From NCBI RefSeq assembly GCF_006345805.1, contig NC_043008.1, positions 7,006,001 through 7,070,000 of the forward strand: a DNA stretch of 64,000 nucleotides, in the 5' to 3' direction. This stretch comes from Octopus sinensis. Its lineage: Eukaryota. This document shows positions 1-11,351 of this stretch, one piece after another. The notes under the pieces were generated by a model. The model searched no databases. It had not been told where the DNA came from and was given only the letters and a program-made list of their open reading frames with translations. How positions within the stretch are numbered: position 1 is the stretch's first letter; every line of letters starts with the position of its first letter. Made by a program: the position numbers and the translations under genes.

Positions 1-154
1 TCTTAGAATCGAAACCGCGAGTCCGCTGCCCTAACCACTGACGTGATTATTAACCAATATCTGATGGAGTGAGAGAGAGAGAGAGAGAATTGATTGGTAA
101 TAGAGAGATGTGTGGGTACGAGCCTAGTGTAGCGTGCGTGTCTAGTATATACTA

Positions 155-332
155 CGGCACTCCGTCGGTTACAACGACGCGGGTTCCAGTTGATCAAATC
201 AACAGAACAGCCTTCTCGGGAAATTAACAACCCCCTGCTGGAGCATCGAGGAGCTTTAAGTGTTTTCGCTCAGTAGACACATATAACGCCCGGTCTGAAA
301 ATCGAAACTGCGAGTCCGCTGCCCTAAAGACT
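155..332 (-). mobile_element. tRNA-derived SINE, family C (internally deleted copy)
   Basis: The reverse complement reads CAGTCTTTAGGGCAGCGGACTCGCAGTTTCGATTTTCAGACCGGGCGTT...GAGCGAAAACACTTAAAGCTCC, matching the + strand copy at 51676-51785. A second head remnant lies at 7-35. Confidence 0.7.
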
Positions 333-1208
333 GATGTGATTGTTAACCAATATCTGATGGAATGTGTGTGGGAGAAAATTGATGTGTAATAGAGGGATGT
401 GTGGATACGTACAAAGTGTGGCGTGTGTGTATATAAGTAGACTAGAGAGAAAGAGAGTGTGCGAAGATTTAAATGGTTGATATAGTTCGGAAGATAGTGT
501 AACAACAATGAAATCGTGGTTGGAGAAGTTATAGAGAGGTTTAATGCATTCATTTGGGCGATGTGAGACACCAGATAGAAAAGATACGTGGGTGTTGGTT
601 AATATAGGAGAGTAGAGGTAAAGTACTTGAAAGATGATTTGTAGTTTTAGAAGCAAGAATTCCGACAGCTAAAAGAGAGAAAGAGAGAGAGAGAAATATC
701 CGGTGTTTCATTGTTGCAATGCTTGCTGATAAAAACATTTTCTGGAATGAAGCGAGGATATTTTTGTAGTAAGAATAGAAAGAATAAAAATAGAAACAAA
801 AAAAGTTTGCTGAAAAAGTGGGTGAAAGTCCCAGTTGTAGAAGTTGTTCTATAAAGGTAACTGATAGAAAAACTGAAAACTTAGAAAAACTAACGGAACA
901 TAAAAGGAATTATTTTAAGGTCGTCTGTAAAAAAGCATAACATTTATAAATATATGGACAAAAACAAAATAAGATACGTACATCAAAGGTACATGTATGG
1001 CTTTTTGGTTAGGAAGAACTTCACGACTACGCGATCTATGGTTCAATCTCACTATGCGATAAATTTGTAAAATGTCTTCTACAATGGTATCACTCCCAGC
1101 AAATACATTGTGAATAAGGGTTTCTGGGTAGTCATTATACAGCGACTCGTCATATACATACACAAACACATATACGCACACATACATATTTAAGTGTGTG
1201 TGTATGTC

Positions 1209-1430
1209 ATTATTATCTCCGCTTTCGCTAAGCGGTGGTATTGTGTTTCAGTTGTGTTTGTTTATATTTTTGTTTGTCCATGGACAAGATATCTCAAGAA
1301 CCGCTGGATGGATTCGAACTTTCAGGGATGTTTTCGTGACTGGCACGAACTGATTAGATTTGGGGACCGATCCGCTACAAGACAAGAATTTTGGATTTTT
1401 TTTTTTTTTTTTTTTGAGAGCGGTTCTAGG
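1209..1430 (+). mobile_element. Non-autonomous element resembling Helentron/DINE-like (HINE) repeats
   Basis: TTATTATCTCCGC...GATATCTCAAGAACCGCTGGATGGATTCG..ACTTTCAGGGATG...CTGATTAGATTTGGGGACCGATCCG. The motif order is recalled from widespread animal non-autonomous Helentron-type elements; not database-checked. Confidence 0.4.
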
Positions 1431-1834
1431 AAATTGATGCTCTCTTCCAAAACGTGTTAAAATTTTATTATACTGAATGTTGTACTCCAGTATGGCCGGA
1501 GATCAATTACTGAATTAAAAAAAGGACAGTAAAACAGGTGTAATAAAACAAGACGAACAATTAGTTTCTGTATTTTCTAATCGAACGTTAAAACATTTTT
1601 CCTATTAAAAAATGGAAAAAAAAACCCTGAAGGTTTCGTGTGAAATAGCAGGATTAATGTTTTGTCTTGTCTTTGGATCTCGAAGTACAAACTACTGGAG
1701 AACCATTATATTACTGGTACACATTGGGCAATGAAATTTTACATTCCCATAGAAAGACCAGATATTCATTGGGCGGTGGGGGTGGTGAGGGTCTTTTTCC
1801 GATCAGAGTCAACACAAGGCAAAACGACCTCAAC

Positions 1835-2109
1835 GGGTAGATGGCGTAGTGGTTAAGAGCGCGAGCTACTAACCCCAAGATTCCGAGTTCGATTCCAGGC
1901 AGTGACATGAATAATAATATTAATAATAATATTAACATCGAAAAATACGTTAGGAATGAGAACCCAGGTTCGAAATTTCCTCAAGACACCTGATGAAGGC
2001 TGGAGGGTATATCAGCCGAAACGTTGTGTTAACAACAAACAAGATGAGAACAAATATCCGTCAAATGTAAATAATGTACATAATTCCTCATCTCTTCAAT
2101 ATAGAACTG
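1835..2109 (+). mobile_element. tRNA-headed SINE-like element (family D) carrying a hammerhead motif
   Basis: Pol III A box TGGCGTAGTGG (1842-1852) and B box GAGTTCGATTCC (1885-1896), then an (AAT)n linker and a body containing a hammerhead core. Confidence 0.75.
1985..2030 (+). ncRNA. Minimal type I hammerhead ribozyme (Penelope-LTR type), intact core
   Basis: Stem I GACAC/GUGUU; CUGAUGA at 1990-1996 plus an extra A; stem II GGCUG/CAGCC; GAAA at 2018-2021; palindromic stem III ACGU; GUU triplet with predicted cleavage after 2025. Confidence 0.75.
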
Positions 2110-2269
2110 GACCTCAAATAATACTAAATGGACTCATATTAAGGAGTTCACAAGATTTTTGTTGATGGGGCCTAGTAAAATCGAACGCCGGGTTTGATTT
2201 TGCTACCACAATGGACAAAAGATTTAGAGAAATATGGAACATGACAAAACACTCGATCGTAGAGTGTGA

Positions 2270-2580
2270 TGCTACAGCTGCAGCTGTTGGTGCTGCTGCT
2301 GCTGATGCTGTTGTCACTGCTGCTACTGCTGTTACTACTACTACTGCTGCTGCTGCTGCTACTACTACTATTACTACTACCATCACCACTACTACTACTA
2401 CTGCTGCTGCTGCTGCTACTACTACTATTACTACTACCATCACCACTACTACTACTACTGCTGCTGCTGCTGCTACTGACGATGATTGTGATGATGGTGA
2501 TGATGATGGTGAAGAAGATGATGATGATGATGGTGGTGGGGGGGGTGTTACTGATGATGATGATGATGACGACGAGGACA
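2270..2580. repeat. Compound trinucleotide repeat (GCT/ACT/GAT) with a 57-bp higher-order duplication
   Basis: The block starting at 2344 is repeated at 2401. Confidence 0.85.
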
Positions 2581-2787
2581 ATCATTACAACGAAATTAAA
2601 GAATTAAAAAGTAATGCAATCAACGAAATTATGAATAATAAATTGCAGACAATTCCAGATCATGACGCAAGGAAGTGAAATGGTGTCTTATGAATGGCAG
2701 AGTAAACACACACACACACACACACACACACCACACACATATCTATATATTTAGTAAACACGGTCAGTCAGTACATTCGCACGCATA

Positions 2788-2837
<50 letters not shown>

Positions 2838-3276
2838 CATACACGCACACGTTCATATATAATTAGTTTGTTAATTAGTAATGTATCTGTGAGATGACAA
2901 AGACGGGGAAACTTGAATGCAAAAACAAGACAAAAGCGAACTCAATAACCGGTTAACACAACGTTTATCGGTTATAGTTCGGTTTGTATCATTTTCCTGT
3001 TTAGGGTTCCATATCTTGTTGTGTCTTAAGGGTAACTCTTGAGGGTAATAAAACTGAACGAAGGTTTTATATATCTACAGAGGAATCCAAATCGATTCGA
3101 CTGTAGAAGCCTTACCGCTCTGATGCTGTGTTCTCTTCTGACGATTACGCTCAGTAGGGGAACTTGCAGGAATGAAATTACCATATGTTTCTCTGTAGAT
3201 ATCACACTACATATATGCGTTTGTGTGTGTGTGCATATATGAATGTATATGTACACACGTATGCGTATGTGTGTAT

Positions 3277-3309
<33 letters not shown>

Positions 3310-3342
3310 GTCTGTCTATCTATCTATCTATCTATCTATCTA

Positions 3343-3490
3343 GGGAAAGAATTCACTAAAAAAAAAAAAAAAAAAAAGACGAAGACATGTGTGTAGACAA
3401 CAAACAGATGCATTAGTTTAACGCTCGGGAAGTGAAAGTGTCTTTAACGTTTCGAAGTGTCTTTAACACTCTTCCACAGAAAGGTCACAA
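3343..3490 (-). mobile_element. Short Penelope-LTR-like repeat, family H copy 1 (hammerhead-like 3442-3483)
   Basis: Homologous to 23991-24125 and 43541-43670. The minus strand reads CUUU-CUGUGGA-A-stem II-GAAA-CGU-U-AAAG. Confidence 0.65.
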
Positions 3491-4046
3491 TCTATCTATC
3501 TGTCTGTCTGTCTGTCTGTCTATCTCTCTCTCTATATGTATATAAAGCCTTATGCAAATACACGAACACACGTACATACACACAAACACACATACTTCAA
3601 TGCTCTCGTTTACAATCACATCGCTTCTTTTCTTTTCGTTTCTTCTACAGAAATCTCACCTTGAACTACAAGTTGTCATTTCTCTATAATGAAGGAAAAT
3701 TACGATCCTGTCAGATATATACGAGTACAATTTGAGTACAGGCATATCCGCGTGAGAAAGAAGTCCGTATCACAATCATATCTGTTCTATTTCTATCCTT
3801 TTACTTAACATTTTCCATTAATGATTTTAAAAAAAATTTATCCATCAGCCTCTGGACCAAAATTCTGTGTTTTGGCCGTCGTAAGTCTGTTTATTTACGC
3901 CAATGATATCCGAAAGAAATGACTGCCGCTTTTAATTCTTCACTAAAATACAAAGACGTCCCTGTCACTCTCGAAGTTAATAATCCAATGAACCACTGAG
4001 CGACTCACTAGAACCCGCCAACTACGTTGTCAATTATTTATCTCTT

Positions 4047-4240
4047 CTTTTCTACTTAGAGGCACAAGGCCCGAAATTTTTGAGGAGGGAACCAGTCAAT
4101 TACTGGTACTAAATTTATCGATCCCGAAGAGATGAAAGGCAAAGTCAACCTCGGCTGAATTTGAACTCAGAAGGTCAAGACAGACGAAATACAGCTAAGC
4201 ATTTCGCCCAGCGTGCTAACGTTTCTGCCAGCGCGCCACC
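4047..4240 (-). mobile_element. SINE family A
   Basis: Reverse complement of the GGCGAGCTGGCAGAAACGTTAGCACG...GAGTTCAAATTC...GACTTTGCCTTTCATC...GGGCCTTGTGCC motif seen in many copies in this window. Confidence 0.9.
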
Positions 4241-4251
4241 TTAATAAAATA

Positions 4252-4635
4252 TTCTTTTCTACCTAGGCACAAGGCCCGAAATTTTGGGAGAGGGGACCAA
4301 TCGATTAGATCGATCCCAGTACGCCACCGGTACATGCAAAATGATGAAAGGCAAGGTCGACTTCGGCGGAATTTGAACTCAGAACGTAAAGCCAGACGAA
4401 ATACCTATTCCTTTACCACCCACGAGGGGCTAAACACAGAGGGGACAAACAAGGACAGACAGACAGATTAAGTCGATTACATCGACCCCAGTGCGTAACT
4501 GGTACTTAATTTATCGACCTCGAAGGATGAAAGGCAAAGTCGACCTCGGCGGAATTTGATCTCAGAACGTAACGACAGACGAAATACCGCTAGGCGTTTC
4601 GCCCTGCGTGCTAAAGATTCTGCTAGCTCGCCACC
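4252..4635 (-). mobile_element. SINE family A with internal duplication
   Basis: Two GTCGAC(C/T)TCGGCGGAATTTGA(A/T)CTCAGAACG modules. Confidence 0.9.
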
Positions 4636-5564
4636 TTATATGCAAACAATAACAAATACTCCATTATACTCCGTATATTATAACAACGCCCTCTGCAGAT
4701 GCATAGAGCATAGTGTCTCAGGTAATTCATATCGAGCAATATCTGCACTAATACAACGTAACCGAGTGACATATATTAACAGCAGCAGCGGAATGTTTCG
4801 ACAAATCCAAACAATTCTTTCATCATATAATATTAACGATTCCGACTTCACCATAATCTGTTTAAATATGATATTTCACTAGCGTTTCACTGGTTTGTTT
4901 TATTCAACATGTGTCATCTTCAGAATTTGTAGAAAATGCATTTTTAATGAAATAATCACTTTTGCTGAGATCATTATCTTCTTTTTATAAGTGTTGCTCT
5001 CTCTTTCGAAACCGAACATTATTCTTTCTTATTCATCGCCACCACCGACCTCACCCCTCACGCACCACCAATACAAGCAGCGGCGGCGGCGGCGGCGGCA
5101 GCGGCAGCGGCACCCGCACCACCACCACCACCACACCACCACCACCACCACCACTTTCTCTTTCGTTATCTTTCACACACACGCGTACTCTATCTCAATC
5201 TAGAACTATTTATTTATCACTTTGCACAATACAAACATACACATGCAATGCATGTAATACACACACACACACACACACACACGTATAATATATATATATA
5301 TATATATATACATACGCACATATTTATATATTAATGTACCTATATATCTTTGTTCTTTATGTATACGTATGTATATACGTATATTACTTTATCTATATAT
5401 TTATATATACGTATATATAAATATATGTATATATATACGGATATATGTATAAATATGTATATATGTATATATACGCATATATAAATATCTATGTATATAT
5501 ATATATATTTATATATGTGTATATAAAATGCATATCTATCTATCTATATTTATATATGTATATA

Positions 5565-5617
<53 letters not shown>

Positions 5618-5635
5618 ACGGTTTAACCTTTAAAT

Positions 5636-5950
5636 TACCTACTATCGTATAACAAGGTCTATACATAGCGAGGTAATACACCGGGAGTGCCTACAGATAC
5701 ATCTATCCCTTAGATGGCTGTATAACCTCTAACTTATAACTTGCTTAACTTTATATATATATTGGTAAAAATGGTAAGATAACAAAAGAAAGAAAGAGAC
5801 TTCAATATTATGTAAATAAAGGAAATTTATCTAACGGTATTTTTTCATAGCGTTTTTCAGATGGCCAGATAACCGAAGAGATGGTGTTGTGGATTTCCAC
5901 TTCGGCATCTGAAACTCAGAGTTTTATCTTGACTATTGAGTAAATGTAAC
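5636..5950 (+). mobile_element. Penelope-LTR-like repeat between (TA)n tracts
   Basis: Non-simple segment bounded by TA microsatellites, with a hammerhead-like motif near its 3' end. Confidence 0.4.
5868..5928 (+). ncRNA. Hammerhead-like motif with U4C core change
   Basis: Stem I GAUAA/UUAUC; CCGAAGA at 5873-5879; stem II GAUG/CAUC; GAAA at 5911-5914; stem III ACUC-A-GAGU; GUU triplet. Confidence 0.55.
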
Positions 5951-5980
5951 ATATTATATTATATACATACATATATATAT

Positions 5981-6013
<33 letters not shown>

Positions 6014-6088
6014 CAGTTGCAGTAAGAGAGAAAGAGAGAGCGAGAAAGAAAGTGCGAAAGATATATAGATAGACACGCAAACATATAA

Positions 6089-6151
<63 letters not shown>

Positions 6152-6307
6152 TACATGCATACGTAATGCCGTTACTACTCCTTTACTCTCACAGTCTGTT
6201 TTCCTTCCCTTTTTTTTCTCTCCCTAATCTCTTCATCCTATCTTCCTCTCTATTTTATGACAAAACCAATCAATTATCGTAAACTACTCCGCTAAGCTTC
6301 AACGTTC

Positions 6308-6427
6308 CATTTCACCTGATGAAGGGAGATTTACCTTGCACTAGGTGCCACTTCGTGGACTGTCTCACAACAACAACAAAAAAAAAAGAAAACACCGTTT
6401 TACTAATTCCGAAATGGTGGAGATGAA
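6308..6427 (+). ncRNA. Degenerate hammerhead remnant with long stem II insert
   Basis: CUGAUGA at 6316-6322, GGGA...UUCC, GAAA at 6411-6414; CAUUUCAC can pair with GUGGAGAUG; stem III is eroded. Confidence 0.35.
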
Positions 6428-6886
6428 GTGAACAAGTTGATTCGTAGAATTTATCTGATACTGTTATTTAACGGAAAATATTTAATACTAAACTACATAT
6501 TAACAATAGGCTATATTTTCTATAAGTCATTATCGATCGATCTGTTATTGAAAGGTGCAGACAGCATCAAACAGCGGTTCTATTAAAATGAATTGAAACA
6601 TTCACAAACAAACACACACAAACACACACACAAACACAAATACAGAGGCACACGCACAACATATACCACACATATACACGCACACATAATTTACGCAGCC
6701 ACACGTATATACAAACATACATACACTCACAAATACGTGCACGCATATTCACGCGGACAGACCATATATACAAACATACAAACACACACATATATACACA
6801 CATACATATATATATCGACATATATATATACACACATATATATTACATATATATATATATACATATATATACACACATATATATAC

Positions 6887-6935
<49 letters not shown>

Positions 6936-6980
6936 TATACACATATATATATACATATATATATATATATACATATATAC

Positions 6981-7078
<98 letters not shown>

Positions 7079-7091
7079 GATAGATATATAT

Positions 7092-7152
<61 letters not shown>

Positions 7153-7496
7153 GGTCACATATGCTACAAGTGTGTGTATGAAATGGTGTGCGTATTTTGT
7201 GAACATAAACCGTTCGTTAACTGTATAATTAATTTTCTTCGATGTTTGTGAAACGATCACCATATTTTGCACGTAACACAATGCTTACAGTACTCTGCGA
7301 CTAATTGAAAAATAATGTAGCTGAAATGGTAAGCTCGTGGAAAGTCTCTGGAGACTCCACTATCACGTTGGAGCATAGTCTTTGATCACGTGCTCGCACT
7401 GACTGGGGATTTAACGCAAAACAACCTTTTTAGCAAGACTAAATATGTGTACATACCGAAGAGATTACGTCATGTGTATGACTGTATGTAAATATA

Positions 7497-7720
7497 CGAG
7501 GGGGTGCCTGAACATTTCCTGAATTTCGGTAAAAGAAAATACAGGAGGATCAGTTAATTATGATTTTATTTAACATGTCTCCTTCTTAGATTCAGAATTT
7601 TTTTGCAGCACCCTGTTAGGTTTCTTTTAATGCTCTGTAAAATAATTCGGAATACTGGGCCGCCAACCATGTATTTCGCGACTTCGATAAAGCCATGAAT
7701 ATTTCAGGCATCTCTTCGGA
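7497..7720. mobile_element. Mariner-type MITE
   Basis: Imperfect TIRs CGAGGGGGTGCCTGAACATTTCCTG / CATGAATATTTCAGGCATCTCTTCG with TA flanks. Confidence 0.6.
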
Positions 7721-7806
7721 TATATATATATTATATATATATATATATATTATATATATATAATATATATATATATATCGCACACACACATAGATGCTTA
7801 ATTTTA

Positions 7807-7952
7807 TTCGTCCTTAGTCGAAAGACACCTGTTGTTATGTCCTGTGTACCGAATCCACTCCCAAGACTTTGTCAGTCCGAGGCTACCGTAGTAGACACTT
7901 GTCTAATTTGCTACGCAAGTTGTGAAACAAGCTTCTTACCACACAGCCACTC
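7807..7952 (-). mobile_element. SINE family B, 5' fragment
   Basis: The reverse complement begins GAGTGGCTGTGTGGTAAGAAGCTTG. Confidence 0.75.
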
Positions 7953-8133
7953 ATGCATCCATATATATATATATATACGTATAGCATTCCAAGGCGTGTC
8001 GTGTCCTTTAAATAAATTATATATATGTGTGCGTGTGTGTGTGTGTATGTATATATACATATATATATATACATATATATGCATATATATATATATATAT
8101 AATTTATTTAAAGGACACGACACATGTCTTGAA

Positions 8134-8188
8134 GTGCTACTATTAGTTTCATTTGTCGAGAAGTATCTCCAACGTATTCATCAGACAC
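8134..8188 (-). ncRNA. Type I hammerhead ribozyme, intact core
   Basis: The minus strand reads GUGU-CUGAUGA-(AU..GUUGGAG-AUAC-UUCUCGAC..AU)-GAAA-CU-AAU-AG-UA-GCAC: stem I GUGU/GCAC, stem III ACU/AGU, GUA triplet. Confidence 0.65.
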
Positions 8189-8394
8189 AAACCACATATC
8201 ATAATAGGAGCACTTGAATACATGTATTGTGTTCTTTCAGTAAATAACACTTATCCCATATACTTGTATATGCATACATACACTTGTATATGTATGCATG
8301 TGTGTCTCTGTCTGTATGTGTGTGTGTGTGTCTGCGTCTGGATACGAGTGCGAGTGTACGCATAGGCATGTATACGTACACTCGCACCCGTATC

Positions 8395-8601
8395 TAGGGG
8401 CGTAGTCAGGAATTCGATAAACGGTGTTGTTTGTCGCTGATTTAAATAAATCCAGCTAACTCGTGAAACTACAACGTTAAAAAATGAACGTCAGATAAGA
8501 ATTTTAATTACCTGAAAGTGCAGGATGTGAGTTTGGGTGGGTGGGGGGAGCACTGTTTCACTGAACATGGCGATCTCCCCCCCCCACCTGACTACGCAAG
8601 C
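8395..8601. mobile_element. Probable hAT-like MITE
   Basis: Terminal inverted motif GCGTAGTCAGG (8400-8410) / CCTGACTACGC (8587-8597); no clear 8-bp TSD. Confidence 0.45.
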
Positions 8602-8959
8602 GCACTCGTTTATAGGTAAACGCGCGTATAACCGCAGACATTTGTAAGATGGCGGTAATGTCTTACAGCTTCATGCTACCGTCATGTCAAAGATTATTAA
8701 AAGCCCTTCATCCATTGCTAGATTATATTGTTTTGGGAAGCAATCGTAAATCACAACTGAGGCCAATATAGAGCAGAAATTTACTCACAACTTCATAGGA
8801 GAACGTGCTAAATGCGCTTTGTATGCGCTCGAACAAAAACACGACGCTGCTTGTTGATATACATTCATACACTCAGAATATACACAAACATACATTCATG
8901 CGTTGGTGTGTGTGTTCGTCTTTGTGTGTAAACAAGCAATATGATAACGAAGCGTCTAC

Positions 8960-9450
8960 TGCTTGTTCGTTATTTTTAGAAAAGACTTGAAATTCTGTTG
9001 ACTCTTGATGTCAGGTTTCTTTCAACAATCAGGAAATAATTTACTTTTAGTGGTGTCTGGTGTCAGTTTTCTTGTAAGGTCTGCTAAGTTGGGCTTTGCA
9101 GTATATTTGTATTTTGTTGTGAATATAGTTTTCATAACTAATCTTCTAATTCTCTTTGTCGTATTCCCATCTGATGCTTCGCCATCTTTGCCGCTAATAT
9201 TTTCTGGATGAAATAACGTTTGTAGTGGTTGTTATTAATGTTGTATGATAACCTAAGATCTCCTCGAGTGAAGATGCAAGAGCAAGCTTTAAAAACGAGA
9301 CTTTAAGTGTTACACTGAAAGTACGATCGAATATCCTAACAAGCTGACCACGCAACGGGAGCCTAAAGAGAAATTACAACCGTGTTTCGTGGTCTGCTAC
9401 CACAACAGCTCCTTTATAGGATCCAGTTATCTCAAGGCATCATCAGGAGT
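8960..9450 (-). mobile_element. Possible Penelope-like LTR plus decayed 5' ORF
   Basis: The minus strand has CUGAUGA (9440-9446) and GAAAC-ACG-GUU (about 9378-9388), then a K/Q-rich, stop-interrupted frame (HYKRYFIQKILAAKMAKHQMGIRQRELED*). Confidence 0.3.
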
Positions 9451-10717
9451 AACCACGTCCGGTTCCGGCCCTTACTCCTCTACCGTTTTGATGTCGTCTA
9501 CAACCACGTCCGGTTTCGGCCCCTACTCCTCTACCGTTTTGATGTCGTCTACAACCACGTCCGGTTTCGGCCCTTACTCCTCTACCGTTTTGATGTCGTC
9601 TACAACCACGTCCGGTTCCGGCCCTTACTCCTCTACCGTTTTGATGTCGTCTACAACCACGTCCGGTTTCGGTCCTTACTCCTCTACCGTTTTGATGTCG
9701 TCTACAACCACGTGCGGTTTCGGCCCTTACTCCTCTACCGTTTTGATGTCGTCTACAACCACGTCCTGTTTCGGCCCTTACTCCTCTACCGTTTTGATGT
9801 CGTCTACAATCACGTCCGGTTTCGGCCCTTACTCCTCTACCGTTTTGATGTTGTCTACAACCACGTCCGGTTTCGGCCCTTACTCCACTACCGTTTTGAT
9901 GTCGTCTACAACCACGTCCGGTTTCGAACCCTTACTCCTCCTCTACGTTTGATGTCGTCTACAACCACGTCCGGTTTCGGCCTTACTCTCTACCGTTTTG
10001 ATGTTGTCTACAACCACGTCCGGTTTCGGCCTTACTCCTCTACCGTTTTGATATCGTCTACACCACGTCCGGTTTCGTCCTTACTCCTCTACCGTTTTGA
10101 TGTCGTCTACAACCACGTCCGGTTTCGGCCCTTACTCCTCTACCGTTTTGATGTCGTCTACAACCACGTCCGGTTTCGGTCCTTACTCCTCTACCGTTTT
10201 GATGTCGTCTACAACCACGTCCGGTTTCGGCCCTTACTCCTCTACCGTTTTGATGTCGTCTACAACCACGTCCGGTTTCGGTCCTTACCCCTCTACCGTT
10301 TTGATGTCTACAACCACGTCCGGTTTCGGCCCTTACTCCTCTACCGTTTTGATGTCGTCTACAACCACGTCCGATTTCGGCCCTTACTCCTCTACCGTTT
10401 TGATGTCGTCTACAACCACGTCCGGTTTCGGCCCTTACTCCCATACCGTTTTGATGTCGTCTACAACCACGTCCGGTTTCGGCCCTTACTCCTCTACCGT
10501 TTTGATGTTGTCTACAACCACGCCCGGTTTCGACCCTTACTCCACTACCGTTTTGATGTCGTCTACAACCACGTCCGGTTTCGGCCCTTACTCCTCTACC
10601 GTTTTGATGTCGTCTACAACCACGTCCGGTTTCGGCCCTTACTCCACTACCGTTTTGATGTCGTCTACAACCACGTCCGGTTTCGGCCCTTACTCCTCTA
10701 CCGTTTTGATGTCGTCT
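9451..10717. repeat. 51-bp minisatellite, about 25 units
   Basis: Unit TACCGTTTTGATGTCGTCTACAACCACGTCCGGTTTCGGCCCTTACTCCTC with few substitutions or indels; it accounts for the 17-aa periodic ORFs. Confidence 0.95.
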
Positions 10718-11308
10718 GTAACCAGACGGGCCTAAATGGAAATCTACACTTCACAGCCACACAACTTTCATGCTCGGTGTAATAAAATTATGTTACCAGC
10801 AAATACTATTGTCCATTTAATTTTGATTTGTTATTGTCTTATAAAGCGTGTTTCAATAAAACATTTTTGTGCATGTTTCGTCAGTATGACAAAGCATAGT
10901 TTGTGTATATCCAACATAACAAAGCCACAGAGCATGCAACTTTTAGTTTTCAGTTGTATATGGATATGCTAGTATCCTGCTAAATATGAAGGACGCAACC
11001 ATCTTCCATTAGCTCCGCTTTAACGGGAAAGTTGGTGAAGCGTCGGATGGGATTATGAGAAATCAAATATGAAAAACCGAATAAGAAAACACAAAAACCG
11101 ATAAAGAAAGATAACAGTTTATACTTCTATAATACATTTCTAAAAGATAAGCTGCTATAAACTAACATACACACACATAGGCACACACCTTCCTATATAT
11201 ATTGTATGTTTTATGTATTATATATATATATACGTATGAATATATGTTCATATATATATATATATATATAATACATATATTCTATATAATATATTATATA
11301 TATATATA

Positions 11309-11351
<43 letters not shown>

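Noticed and set aside
1835-1906. tRNA gene
   Set aside because: A and B boxes are present, but there is no proper acceptor stem or terminator and it continues into a repeat body; treated as a SINE head.
2114-2678. Mucin-like or poly-T/A/D ORFs
   Set aside because: Translations of compound trinucleotide repeats, open on both strands.
9451-10717. CRISPR-like regular array
   Set aside because: Units are contiguous with no unique spacers, there are no cas genes, and the context is eukaryotic.
9382-10782. 466-aa and overlapping ORFs with 17-aa repeats
   Set aside because: The 51-bp unit lacks stops in most frames; indels switch frames freely, and there is no unique domain or splice context.
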